The notes below the pieces were generated by a model. That model did no database searches. It was given only the letters and a program-made list of their open reading frames with translations, and was not told where the DNA came from. Below are positions 50,674-63,519 of a stretch of DNA of 64,000 nucleotides, one piece after another. Location of the stretch: NCBI RefSeq assembly GCF_963921235.1, contig NC_086097.1, positions 87,980,001 through 88,044,000 on the forward strand, given 5' to 3'. The position numbers and the translations under genes are program-made. This DNA comes from Mobula hypostoma. Taxonomy: Eukaryota. How positions within the stretch are numbered: the first letter of the stretch is position 1; each line of letters opens with the position of its first letter.

Positions 50674-53600
50674 GCCTACATATTTATTCCTTCTATCAAA
50701 GTGCATGACCATACACTTCCCTACACTGTATTCTATCTGCCACTTTCCTGCCCATTCTCCTAATCTGTCCGATTCCTGCAGACTCCCTGTTTCTGTACCA
50801 CTATCTTCCCCTCCACCTATCTTTGTATCATCCACAAACTTGGCCACAATGTCATCAATTCCATCATCCAGACCATTGACATTTAACGTAAAAAGCAGCA
50901 GACCTAACACTGAACCTTGCAGAACACTAGTCACTGGCAGCCAACCGGGAAAGGCCCCCTTTCTTCCCACTCTTTCATTCTGGCAGTCAGCTAATCTTCT
51001 GTCCGTACTAGTATCTTTTCTGTAATACCAAGGGCTCTTGTTCAACAGCCTCATATACGGCACCTTGTCAAAAGCGTTCTGAAAATTCAAGTGAGCATCC
51101 ATTGACACTCCTTTGTCTATCCTGCTAGTTGTTTCCTCAAAGAATCCCAACAGATTTTTCAGACAAGATATCTACTTAAGGAAACCATGTTGACCTCGAC
51201 CTACTTTATCGTGTGCCTTCAAGCACCCCGAACGCCCAACCTTAATAATGAAGTCTAACATCTTGTCGAACACTGAAGTCAGGCAACTGGTCTATAATTT
51301 TTCTGCCTTTTGCCTCCCTCAACTCTAAAAGGGTGGAGAGATATTTGTGATTTTCCAGTCCTCTTGAAAGATCACTACTCATGCTTCCACAATCTCTTCC
51401 TTTACTTCTTTCAGAACCCTGGGGCGTAGTCCATCTGCTCCAGGTGACTCAGATCTTCTTTGTTGTGTTGTATGAGTTTGTGCACCTTTTCCAAACTCCC
51501 TCTCCAATGGGGACAAGGATTAAGTGTGATGGTCTACCTATATTTTCTTTGCTACTCTTTGATTTCTGAATTTCTTGCTTGTCCAACATTTCCTTGTGAT
51601 CACAAACCACTGTTTTCTGGATAAAGCTCAGTCATTTTGGCAAGGCACTACAAACCTTCGTTTAATTTGATGTGTAGGATTGTGATTTGCATAGACATGA
51701 TAGTCATGAATGTTGGGAAGTTTTGTCCTATGCCAACCACAAGTATAGTTGTAGAGCTGTACAGCAAAGAAACAAGCCTTTTCAGCCACTGTGCTATGCT
51801 GACCTTTTCACTCACCTACACAAATTCCATTTGGCTGCATTTGGATTGTAACCTTCAATGCCTTGCCTATTTAACTGATCCTCTCTCTAAAATATAGTAA
51901 TTGTATCTGAGGCCACCACCCCCTATGGCTGCATGGTCCAGTTAGCTATCATCCTGACAAAAAAGTACCCCTTAATTTCCTTTTAGAAACTCTCACCTTA
52001 AAACTATGTGCTCTTGTTTTTGATATTCTATCATGTGATGATGTATAATGGTAGCCTATTGTTAAACAGCATCTTTCGAAACTATGGACCAGGATCAAAG
52101 TCTGTATCTGATGTGAGTCATTTATCCGGCAACAGAATGGCCAAGTTCAACTTACAGCAGAGGAAAGGACACAGCATTGACTTGTCAGATAAAAATACAA
52201 GGCAACGTAGAAGAGTGCCATCTTGAATACAACATGAGCACGGTGAAGCTGTTCCTTACAAGGTCGTTAAAAAAAATGAAATTAATGTATTAATAATTTG
52301 CAGGTGACAGACAATTTATATTTTATTGTATCTTTAGTGGAAGCATCACTGGTGTGAGATGGCAAGATTTTAAAGGTCACAGGATTGAATGATGGAATAT
52401 ACATTAAGATGCAGATTTAGCCACAACCTGTCCTTCATCATGAAGATAAATTTGGATAGGTTTGGAAAGTCTTGGGGCAGATGTGCTACAAACACTCTTT
52501 ATAACTTATGTCCTCACAGTTATTTTATTTTCACATTTCGTCTTTTGCATATTGGCTGTTTGTCAGTCTTGGTCTGTTTATGTACAGTTTTTCGTAAAAT
52601 TCTATTGTATTTCCTTTTTCCTGTAAATGATTGCAAGAAAATGAATCTCAAAGCAGAATATGGTAACATGAATGTACTTTGATATTAAATTTACTTCGAA
52701 CTTTGAGCTTTGAATAATGGCCAATGTCTCTACTTACCTTTGGTTGAAATGGACCAACTGAGCACTGTGTGAATAAGTAAAGCCTGAATTACAAGGGCTG
52801 AAAACTGATTGGGTATAAGTGTTTACTAACCAAGATAATGTTCTCTGTATTTCACTGTTTAAATTGTCTGATAGTGTGAGTGAAAGCTTGATTTTCACAC
52901 GGTGATGTGCTGACAAAGATTTCGCAGTTACTGCCAATGAGAATCTCGAGTGACTTGGCTTGACATGGTATTGGAGAAGGACAGTGAGCACACTTTGAGA
53001 GGATGAAACAGTCTGAAGTGTCCAAAATGAAGCTTTACAGCCATTATGTAGTCATATTTGAATAATTAATCAACCCAGGATGTTTAAAATGGACAAATTA
53101 AGTTGCCATTCCAGCTACCGGAACATAACAAGATCATTGCCATCAAGTCAATGTCAGGTTTATTATCATTGTCTCATAGTATATGAATATTGTTTTGTTG
53201 CAGCACTACAGTGCAAAGATGTAAAATTACCATAAATTACATAATAAATAAATAGTGCAAGAAGTGAATAATGGAGTAGTGTCCGTGGATTCATGTTCTG
53301 TTCAGAAATCTGATGGTGGAGGAAAAGAAGCTGTTTCTGAACCATTGAGTGCGGGTATTCAGGCTCCTGTACCTTCTCCTTGATGGTGGTAATGAGAAGA
53401 GGGCATATCCCAAAAGATGAAGATCCTTAAGGATGGAAGCCATCAACTTAAGGCACTTTCTCTTAAAGATGTTTTCAGTGGTAGGGAGGGTTGTGCCTGT
53501 GATGGAGTTGGCTGAGTCTACAACTCTCTGAAGTCTCTTTGGATCCTGTGCATTGGGGCCTCCATAAAGGCTGTGATGCAGCCAGTCAGAAAGCTCTCCA

Positions 53601-53876
53601 CCATACATTGATACAAATTTTTAAGTGTCTTTGCTGGCATATACAATCTCCTTCAACTCCTAAAGCAGAGCTACTGCCGTGCCTTCTTTGTGGTTGTCTC
53701 AAGCGTGTTGGACCCAGGATAGATTCTCTGAGATGTTGACACACAGGAACTTAAAGCTTCTCACACTTTCTATCCTTAATCCTTTAATGAGTACTGGTTT
53801 ATGTTTTCCTGAATTCCTCTCCCTGAAGTCCACAATCAATTCTGTTACTGCAACACCACTCAACCAGTTTGTCTAT

Positions 53877-54570
53877 TGTAAGGGTTTCTTTTTTTTTATG
53901 TCACTGCGTAGTCTAATTAAAATGGCTTCTTTGTTATGTTATAATTGAAAGGGCTTCTTTGTTATGTTAACTGCTGAGAAAGTCCTTCCCGCTAGCAGTC
54001 TGTTTTGGATTATCAATTGATAAGAGGACGAAAGAACCAATTGCCATAGTTGTTGTGCTTTTGGTGCGTCTGAAGATATTGTATGCGCGGGGTTTTGGGG
54101 GAGAAGACGGGAGAGAGAGAGACAGAGGATGGACCAGGTGCTGTGAGTCCGCTAATGGGGTCGGACCCCGAGCAGGGCGTTTGGCGAGAAGAGGAGACGG
54201 AGACAGACTCATGTGGAGCGTCTGGTCGACCACCGTTGTTGGTCCCAGGTGGCCGGTCGAGGTGGTCCAAGGGGTCGCAGGGTGAAGAAGAAGGGTCCTG
54301 AGCTCCAACTGTTTGTGCACGAAGAGATTGAACTTTGATAAGTGTGGTGCCTTTTTCCTTTTATATTTTATTCTCTATTAATTATATAGATCCTGTAATA
54401 TCTATAAACTGTGAATCATTTAATCATATCTGGTGCATTGTCTGTTATTTGGGGGGGGGGGTACATCACACAGCACCAACACAAATTTATTACCCAGTTT
54501 GGTGGGGCCGAGGGCTGTTTTCCCAGAAGACAGCGAGCCAAGCGACCCTGAGGCTGGCCCGGGGGCTACA
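53877..54570 (+). mobile_element. Gypsy solo LTR (young)
   Basis: TGTAA...CTACA termini, perfect 4-bp TSD CTAT, CpG-rich, shares GAGCTCCAA...GTGCAC block with the other two LTRs. Confidence 0.9.
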
Positions 54571-55113
54571 CTATCTTACTCCTGTATGCCTCCTCATTGC
54601 AGTTTGAGATTTTACTACAATAGTAGCTTCATTGGTGAATTTATAGGTGGCATTTGAGCTATGCCTAGCCACACAAGAGTGTTAATAGAGTAGAGCAATG
54701 GGCGAAAAATGCATCTTTGAGGTGTGCCTGTGTTGATTGTTAGTAAGGAGGACATCACATTACCGACCTAAATGATTATGGTCTCCCAATGAGGAAGTCG
54801 AGAATCCAGTTGCAGAGGGAGATGCAGAGGCCCCAGCTTAGAAGGTTGTTGAGTAATACTGAGAGACAGGTGGTATTGTATGTTGAGCTATATTCAGGCA
54901 GCCTGACATATGTTTGCTGTGGTCCAGGTGCTCCAAAGCAGAATGGAGAGCCAATGAAATTTTGTCTGCTGTAGACCTGTTTAACAGTCAGCAAATTAGA
55001 TTAGTCCTGGTTCTTGCTCGGCAGGAATTAACCATAGTCATACCCAACTTCTCGAAGCACTTCATTATGACAGATGTGAGTGCTACCAGTCAATATAGTC
55101 ATTAAGGCAGCTC

Positions 55114-55750
55114 GGCCACTTCGGTGGTGACATCTGTTATTTGTCAAGTAGGGGACCGTGCACAATTCTGATCTGATGGAGACAGACATGAGAGTACGGA
55201 GGAACCTCTGGAGAAACTTCTGAAATGCCCGATTCACTGCCGCTGCTACTGTGTGGTCCAGAATCTCTGGAGGAGAAGGCCCCGAATCCTCGGCTTTGCT
55301 TGTTTCGACGGCCGGGCGAAGTCGAAGGCGCCCAGCAGAGGATGGCTCTCAGGAGGCTGTATCGGAGGGGCTGGTTGGAGGCTCAAAGTTTTCAGACAGA
55401 TGAACAGTGTCGGCTGTGGTCCGGTGCTTCCAATGCATTGGCAGTTGTTGGTGCCTGGAGGTTTATGGCAGGGAGTTTCTCCCTTTGCCGCCTGCTATCA
55501 GGGACTCGGGACTTTGAGACTTTTTTTTACTGTGCCCATGGTCTGTCCTTTATCAAATTATGGTATTGCTTTGCACTGCTGTAACTATATGTTATAATTA
55601 TGTGGTTCTGTCAGTGTTAGTCTTTGGTTTGTCCTGTTTTTCTGAGATGTCACTCTGAAGGAACAGTGTATCATTTCTTAATGCATGCATACATTTCTAA
55701 ATGACATTAAACGAGGACTGAGTGTTCTCATAATCTAATCTAATCTAATC
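55114..55750 (+). mobile_element. Non-coding retroposon with (TAATC)n tail
   Basis: Interrupts Rex1 in opposite orientation; GC-rich 5' half, T-rich 3' UTR-like half, ATTAAA signal, (TAATC)4 tail. Confidence 0.7.
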
Positions 55751-56949
55751 TTCCTTCTTACTGGTATGATTGCTGGCCTTTTGAAACAAGTGGAGACCTC
55801 AGACTCCAGCAGTGAGGCCTAAAGATGTCCTTCAAAGCTCCTACCACCTGGGCCTGACACCTTCGGAGGGTTCAAACTTTTGAAGGATATTCTGAGACAA
55901 CAATCATAGGGTCACCAGATGCTGTGGAGATTCAGACAAGTCTGGGTGTTATTCACCTTTCAAAGCCAGCATATAAGGTGTTGAGCTCACTGGAGTGAAA
56001 TAGCATTGCCATTTAGCCGTAAGACTTTTCCTTACAAGATGTGCAAACCCTGTCACAGCTGATAAGCACCTGATTGTGTCTAATTTCACACAGAGTTGCC
56101 TTTGTTTCTCAAAATAATCTTCTATAGGTTGTACACAGACTTCTTGTAGGATCCTGGATCAGCAGTCCTGAATGCCACAGATCTGGACCTCAGTAGACTG
56201 CGAAATCTCCTGGTTCATCCAGGGCCTCTGGTTTGAGAAAATTCAGTATGTTCTCGAAGGTCTCACTCATCCAGACAGGCCTTGATGAAGTCAGCGATGG
56301 CTGCAGCATAAACATATGGTCCAGTCCACCGATTCAAAGCAATCCAGTAAATTCCATCGCCCTTGACCGCTCCTTCACGATCTTCACCACTGGTTCTCCT
56401 GTTCTCAGTCCTAGCCTATATGCCAGGAGTAGTACAGCCAGCTAATCGGATTTTCCAAAGTTCAGGTTCGGGGTGACACGGCTAGTGTTCTTGATCATAT
56501 TACATGTGATTGGCGCATTGAAAAGAGACAGCAACTGATATATTTGGTGATGCTTCAGGGAAATGAAGCAATTTCAGCTGACCGAGAGAGTCTGTTAGCA
56601 GATCATAGAGCAAGCCCAAATCTTTGCAGTGGGACCTTTGCAAAGTTGTCTAGAAGTTGTGGTCTGAAAAAGAAGAATTTAATGTGTGTTGGACATCAGG
56701 TAGAAAAATCATTATCTTGATAAGATGATTATATCAAAGAGCACCTATTGATGCTGAAGTTACATTTGGCGACTGTTATATTTTGTAATTCCAGAAATTA
56801 ATCAAACGAGAAACATGGGGGAGCCAGCATAGCTTGTGTCTAGTTTTGTTTTTACTTTAGGGAGACATGCACTTATGAGGCGGTGGGTGTAATGGCATTC
56901 ATGTACTTTTACATATAACCTGCAATAAATAATGTAAACAACAAATAAT

Positions 56950-57515
56950 GCTGCAGGTCAAAGGTGACATGGGACTCGGGTCAGCTGGCATTTACCGGAT
57001 TCCCTGTGAACCCGCGCAGCGTATATCAGCCAGACGGGGATGCACAGTGGAAACCCGCGTCAAGGAGCACGGGAGGTGTATCTGCTTCGGTTACCCAGAG
57101 GAATCGGTGGTAGTAGAACATTGCATTGACAATAGCCATACCTTTCACTTCGACAGCAGAAAAGCACTGTGTCGTGCCAACGGCTTTTGGGATCATCTGG
57201 TAAAGGAAACCATTGAGTAAAACTAGAGGAAAAGAATTTTAACAAAGAAGAAGGTTTCACTCTAAGTAAGAACTGGAATTTTATTGTAAACAAGGTGGGT
57301 GAGCGGAAACCTGATTGGGTGAGGACTAACCAATCTGGAGGGATGGACTATAGAGGTATAAATACCACCAGACTAGACATGCACAAGCATCATCCCTGAG
57401 GAAGAGGGCAGTTTGTCGTCAAAACGTCAGTTATAATCGATACCTGTACCGGCTGGAAGCCTGAGAAGAGTTTATTCGTCCTATAGGCCAGGAAAGCACC
57501 AGATCCTTTTTCAAC
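56950..57515 (+). mobile_element. Second Penelope-like family: GIY-YIG plus pLTR with decayed hammerhead
   Basis: GIYRIPCE...YI.QT...VETRVKEH...S.V.EH...KE.IE; CTGAGGA...AAAACGTC at ~57396-57428. Confidence 0.85.
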
Positions 57516-57559
57516 AAATTAATACTTAAATCAAACAATATATTTACAATATTACTGAG

Positions 57560-58040
57560 ATCAGAATAAGAATCAGGTTTATTATCACCGGCATGTGACG
57601 AGAAATTTGTTAACATAGCAACAGCAGTTCAATGCAATGCATAATCTAGCAGAGAGAAAAATAATAATAATAAATAAAATAAAACATAATAATAAATAAA
57701 CAAGTAACTTAATTATGTATATTGAATAGATTTTTTAAAATGTGCAAACTCAGAAATACTGTATATTAAAAAAAAAGTGAGGTAGTGTTCACAGGTTCAA
57801 TGTTCATTTAGGAATCGGATGGCAGAGGGGAAGAAGCTTTTCCTGAATCGCTGAATGTGCGCCTTCAGGCTTCTGTACCTCCTACCTGATGGTAACAGTG
57901 AGAAAAATGTATGCCCTGGGTGCTGGAGGTCCTTAATAATGGACGCTGCCTTTCTGAGACACCGCTCCCTAAAGATATCCTGGGTACTTTGTGGGCTAGT
58001 GCCCAAGATGGAGCTAACTAGATTTAGAACCTTCTGCAGT
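57560..58040 (-). mobile_element. Rex1-like LINE 3' fragment
   Basis: ORF 57797-58072 near-identical in motif to 3305-3577; (CTGATT) tail. Confidence 0.9.
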
Positions 58041-60831
58041 TTACACAACAGTGACAAGTCTATTCCTGACATTGATAAAGAACTAACTACTGTTCTAGAA
58101 TTGCAGTGCTGTTGTAAGTTATGTCAGGATTGGTCTGATTCAAATCATCTTGCAAGTTTCATAGTTCCAAAAAATAATTGCCATGTTAGGACAAGTATGC
58201 ATTCTGAATGTCAAAATGACGGAAGAAATGTCAATTGAGTTCACTTATACACAGTCATTATGGGTTTGAAGTGCTTTCCCATGTTTTCTTCAAAGGAGGA
58301 AGGCAATTTTGTATATTATGCATGAAATTAGCACTATTAACAAAATATTTTCCCTCTTTATTATAGAGATGAAGTAGCCTTTTCCTAATCCTGACCTGTC
58401 TTAATAAACAACAAAAGCTGACCATCCTGAAAATATGCTAGACATTGGAATGAACCACATTGCAAGCCGAAACGCTCAATGTAAACTGGTTTCAACAGAA
58501 AAGTGTATTAGGCACATGACTGACACGGCAAAATTATTCTTTGCTATACCGTTGCTGTGAGTAGAGCAATGGGTGCAGTAATATTCAAATATTTTAGATT
58601 GTGTCTGGGAGGGGGTTGGGGTGGAGATTGACTTTATATCTGGTTGTACTTTAGCCGACCTGGGCAACAAGTGTTTCAAGAACCCCATAGAATTCCCCAC
58701 GTGACTGATGGGTACACTATTGAATCAAGTGTCCAAAAGCAGTCAGAATGACAGCAGCAGGAATCTCTCAAATCTGGGACTTCTATGTTGAAGCATGTTT
58801 TAACAGCATTCACAATATTTTGGCAGGTTTTGTAGAGTGCTGTTGCACATAGAACTACGGGCATTTCTGTGAAAAATCCAGATTACTGATTCAATGTAAA
58901 TGACTATATTTCCTAATACGGGCCTGCCTTTATCTATGGAACCAGACATTTTGTCAGAGATGTTATTTTGTTGAACAATTTACCCATTTAGAAGTCACAA
59001 TTTTAAATGCCCAAAATAATTGGCAGAAAATAGAATGTACAAAACTGTGTAAAAGGAAAATGTGGGAGTAAATAAATGCATGGTCTCTAGTTAAGAATCT
59101 TCTAACTGCACTAAGTTAGAAGAAATAGATTCAAAATGCCCGACAATCTATTTCCCTAATTAGCTGATCACCATCTCCAATCACCTAATTAAAATTGTCC
59201 CACTAGCCTTTCTGTCAATCATGTCCCTTTCTCTTAGAAGCACTTGCCTAAGGCTGTAGATGATATAGTGCATCAAAACCCAAATTTCCTTACCTGCCTC
59301 TTGAAGAGAAGAGTTCTAGCAGTTTTCTGCATCACAAGTGCTGCACTTCTTTGCAACTCTAAAAGTGAAATGTTGGGAACTGGCAAAATTATCAGAACTT
59401 GTTCACTGGCCTGGTTAGTTAAGAGAGCAAATCACTGAGGCAAGCCGACTATGAATGTCTGTTTTGGTCCTTGTTCTTAATGTCATTGGAGGCAGTAGTA
59501 TCGACATTATTACAATTGGGTGCAAGATGACTCTATTCAACTAAGTATGTTTAGGATTTTGGTCCGAACATGACTGGTTTGGACTTTTTCACTCCCATCA
59601 TGTAGGCTCCAGTGCTGAGTGGTGAGGCCTTGCTATATTCATTAATTAGCTAACTTGCTTAAGTATCTAGCAGGCAATCAGCAGTCGCCTCCTGGGTGTC
59701 CTTGGGAGATTGGTGTACAAGGATCGTGAGCAGCAAGCAATCTTCTAGCCTTATTCATGTCCATAATGGAGTGCTGTTGATAAGATTTGGACCTCTCTTG
59801 CTTCTGCACACATTTTTCCTCTACTTATGTGGAAGGTGGTCCAGTAATTACCTGACTCTTTGTTTAGGAGACTTAGCCGCCCATTTCACATTTGGAAGCT
59901 GGAAGGAACAACAGCAAATCAGAAAGAATTTGAGACAGGAGGAAATGTTTTCAAGATTGAACCAGGGCAATATCTCAGATTTCTATGAAGAGCATTCTTT
60001 GTTACAGGTATTGATTAAAGGTTGAAGCCAATTATAATTTGTCTATGGTTAAGTTTACACTCAAAAGCTTGTCCATCAAAAAGCAATGAAAATAAAGATC
60101 TCCTTGGTCCAGTTACATAAGAAGTGTGTAATTATATTTTTTGGATGTGAATCTAATTTGGAGAGTATGGAATTAATTAATGTTAGCTGGATACAAATCA
60201 GGACTTCGATTGGTCCCTGATAGGGGCAAGGGGTGTTGAAAATAATGCTTAATAGATCAGTTTAAAACCCCATCATTAGTCATCAGACAAGCATAGCAGG
60301 CTAAATAATTAAGGTTATCTTAAAACATTCTTCCTAAATCTCAGTTATTATTCCCAGTAATGTGCTCGAATTATAACACTAGAGTTCCTGAAGAGCAAAA
60401 CTGTTTCTTTATATTTTTGATTTATACCTGTGCCAAAACTAGCATAATTACTGGAGGAAGTCCAATGTAAATAAGTTAAGCAGTGTTGTTGGTCCTAGTT
60501 GTAGAACCTTATGCTGAAGCAGCCATATCTTATACATTTGTAATTAAATCCGGAGCAAGCTTCCTCCTAGGGCACCTGTACCTTTTGTGGCAGACTGCAG
60601 TTTTTTACATAATCTAGTCCATTGGCTGAGGCATTATGATAAGCATTTCCGACTTATTTTGTCTCAGTGCCCTACCTTTCATGAAGGCAAGGCCAGAACT
60701 CTTGCTCCTGAGGGAGAACAGATTGCAGATTGAAGCACTGTGAAATGATTTGCTGCTTTTACAAATCAAGGACTTTCTCCTAGCTTTCATGAGTCACGGT
60801 GAAAGCACCGCACAGACAATTGCCTTTAATG

Positions 60832-60940
60832 TGACTGTGGCTCAGTAGTAGCATTCCTGCCCCCACACCAGAGTCTTGTCTCTCAGCCATGTTGAATGTA
60901 GTCTTGCCAAGATGCTGTCTCTTGCTCAAATGAGATTAGT
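60832..60940 (+). mobile_element. Old tRNA-SINE remnant (Deu/SacSINE-like)
   Basis: GTGGCTCAGTAGTAGCA head then CCCAC.CCAGAG.CTTG; heavily decayed. Confidence 0.4.
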
Positions 60941-61419
60941 GGGGACAGTAGCAAATGCATTCATGAATAAATAAATAAAACAGGAAGCATTGCCCCATTT
61001 GCTTTTCAAGTAATCCATAAATAAACCCACAGAACTGACATCCTGGTCAGCTTTCCTCCTTAATCAAAGGCATTAAATTGATTGTTTTTCATCATGAAAA
61101 ATGGTGTTTATTTCAAAGCTGTTTTAAATTCCTTCTTGTGTACTAGCTGGCTGCTTCATTTCCAACACATCAGCAGTGATTGCGGAGTACTTTTGTTAAG
61201 TTCTATTTATTTAACTTGCTGTGAAGTTACTGTTGCCTTTTTTTTAAAAAAAAGGAATAGACATCCAAAGTACTTAGGATTTAATTTTTTTTTGGTGTAA
61301 TTGTGTTTGCTTCTGTTTCTTACATTTAGTAAAGTTCATTGGAACAAACTTTGGCAGCTCAGTGTAGTAGGTGAAACATGTGATTGCTCATTGGGCTGGC
61401 ATGCTCAGAAGAGGATCAT

Positions 61420-61720
61420 AAACACAAGAAATTCTGCAGATGCTGGAAATCCAGAGGAATACACATAAAATGCTGGAAGAACATAACAGTTCAGGCAGCA
61501 TCTATGGAAGGGAATAAACGGTCAATGTTTTGGGCCAAAACCCTTCATCGGGACTGGAAAGGAACAGGACAGAAGACAGAATGAGAAGGTGGAGGAGAGG
61601 AAAAAGTACAAGCTAGAAGGTGATAGGTGAGGCCAGGTGACAGAAGAGGTGGGTGGTTGGGGAGGGGTGCTGAAGTAAGAAGCTGGGAAGTGATAGGTGG
61701 AAAAATCAGATAGGAGAGGG
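61420..61720 (-). mobile_element. Penelope pLTR fragment
   Basis: AAACACAAGAAATTCTGCAGATGCTGGAAATCC family signature; hammerhead core mutated. Confidence 0.8.
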
Positions 61721-62279
61721 TAGTGGTTATACATCATTAACAAAGGCCCAGGCTTAATCACTGGTCATCAGCAAGTAAGCAACAGATGCTTGATGGTTGT
61801 GGATTTCACTTAGATATTTTCCAAGGAAAGAGTAAGACACCATTCATAAGGAGGTTATTTTAGATGAATATGAGATTAGTGGAATCCTTTATATAGATCA
61901 TTTAAAAGGTATTTAGTATAGTGCAAAATTAGTTCATTTTTTTTTTACCAATCATTGCCTTGAACTTTCTTTCTTCAGATACTGGAAGCAAAGTGTGATT
62001 TATGCCCAAGGCAAGTACTGTACAGCCCACGGAAGGAATGGATAACTCGCACAGAGCCTTTCTGAGGTAGAACATTCTTGGTGGTTCTCTAGTCATTTTC
62101 TTCCAAGCAAAAGTTAGCCTCGATCTTTAGAATTTATTCATTCTTGCAACTGTACTGCAACAGGTGCTCAACGGCACTTCAGTTCTTAAAATTGTATGGT
62201 GGGTTTACCAAATGAAAACTATTTATGTGCTTTTTGAAGTAATGAGCGATTTATATAAATAGGACCTTAAAACTATGCT

Positions 62280-62820
62280 CAGAATCAATTTTAATGCGTC
62301 ATGATGTGTATTGTTTTGGGACAGCAGTACAGTGCATTATATAACAAACTATAAATTACAATAAGAAAATATATATAAAAATACATTAAACAAGTAATGC
62401 AAAAAAAGTGAGTATACACGGGTTCTTTGCCCATTCAGAAATCTGCTGGCAGAGGGGAAGAAGCTGTTCATAAACTGTTGAGTTTAAGTCTTCATGTTCC
62501 TTGATAGCATCAATGAGAAGAGGGCATGTCCTGGGTGTTGGGTGTCCTTAATGACATAGGTTGTCTTCCTGAAGCATTGCCTTTTGAAGATGTCCTTGAT
62601 GCTGGGGAGGCTGGGGCCCATGATGGAGTTGGCTGAGTTTGCAACTTTCTGCAACTTTTTCTGATCCTGTGCAGTGGCTCCTCCATACCAGATGATGACA
62701 AGAACAGTTAGAATTCTCTCCATGGCACATCTGTAGAAATTTACGAGAGTCTTTGGTGACATACAAAGTCTCCTCAAACCCCTAATGAAATATAGGCAAT
62801 ATTGTGCCGCCTTTGTCATT
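62280..62820 (-). mobile_element. Rex1-like LINE 3' fragment
   Basis: ORF 62484-62819 LYFIRGLRRL, KLQKV, IKD..HPGHALFSL. Confidence 0.88.
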
Positions 62821-63112
62821 CAAATGTTCCGAGGTTCATTTTATTATCAAAGTACGTACACAGAATACAGCTCTGAGATTCGTCTCCTCCAGATAGCCAG
62901 ATCAAAACTATTCATCAATATGTTGCGTCCACAGACATCCCACCTTGCAAAAACTCATTTCAGGGAGATAGCACCATCATTTCAGGGAGGTAGTACCCCA
63001 GCCCCCGCAACCCCATATTCCGCGCCCCCCCCCGTCAACCTCCAAGGGCGCATGTATACAGGACATTTGATTATGAAAGAACACAACAATTTATTTGACA
63101 CATACTTAAACT

Positions 63113-63116
<4 letters not shown>

Positions 63117-63150
<34 letters not shown>
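63117..63150. repeat. (CA)n microsatellite
   Basis: Directly visible. Confidence 0.97.
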
Positions 63151-63155
<5 letters not shown>

Positions 63156-63519
63156 TATATATATTCCTTGTTGAGTATTTTGTTGGCAATCTCAATGCTA
63201 ATGCAAATAGCTTTATTATTTCTTTTGCAAACTTTCCTTGTGATGTGGCTCTGCTGAAAAGAACTGTGAAATACTTGAGCAGCCTTCCCAGTGATTAGCC
63301 TCCCTAATATGTTGTGGTCCCTAAAAGAAATAAAAGCATAGGGTGTATCCTTATTATATTGTCTTATGTAATACTTTGTTTAGTGATTTTGTCGAATCTG
63401 TAAACCAATCTGTAATCTGTAAACTGGGTATATGCAGAAAATGTGACATTAAAATACAGTATGTACTTATATATTATCATGGAGTAGCTTTTTATTCTAT
63501 TACAACTTTAAGCATGTCT

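Larger units (their letters stand above)
49278..51450 (-). mobile_element. CR1 LINE, interrupted by a Penelope element
   Basis: ORF 50560-51150 FQNAFDKV, QGSVLGLLLF, KFVDDTK; 3' part at 49.3-50.0 kb. Confidence 0.9.
53140..56500 (-). mobile_element. Rex1/Babar-like LINE with two nested insertions
   Basis: Endonuclease-end FGKSD.LAVLLL, K.FEKL, SLCNWILDFL.GRP and C-terminal motifs. Confidence 0.85.

Noticed and set aside
61979..62066. Strong plus-strand acceptor with GC or GT donor options
   Set aside because: The 88-nt version has stops in all frames; the 32-nt version gives no recognisable peptide
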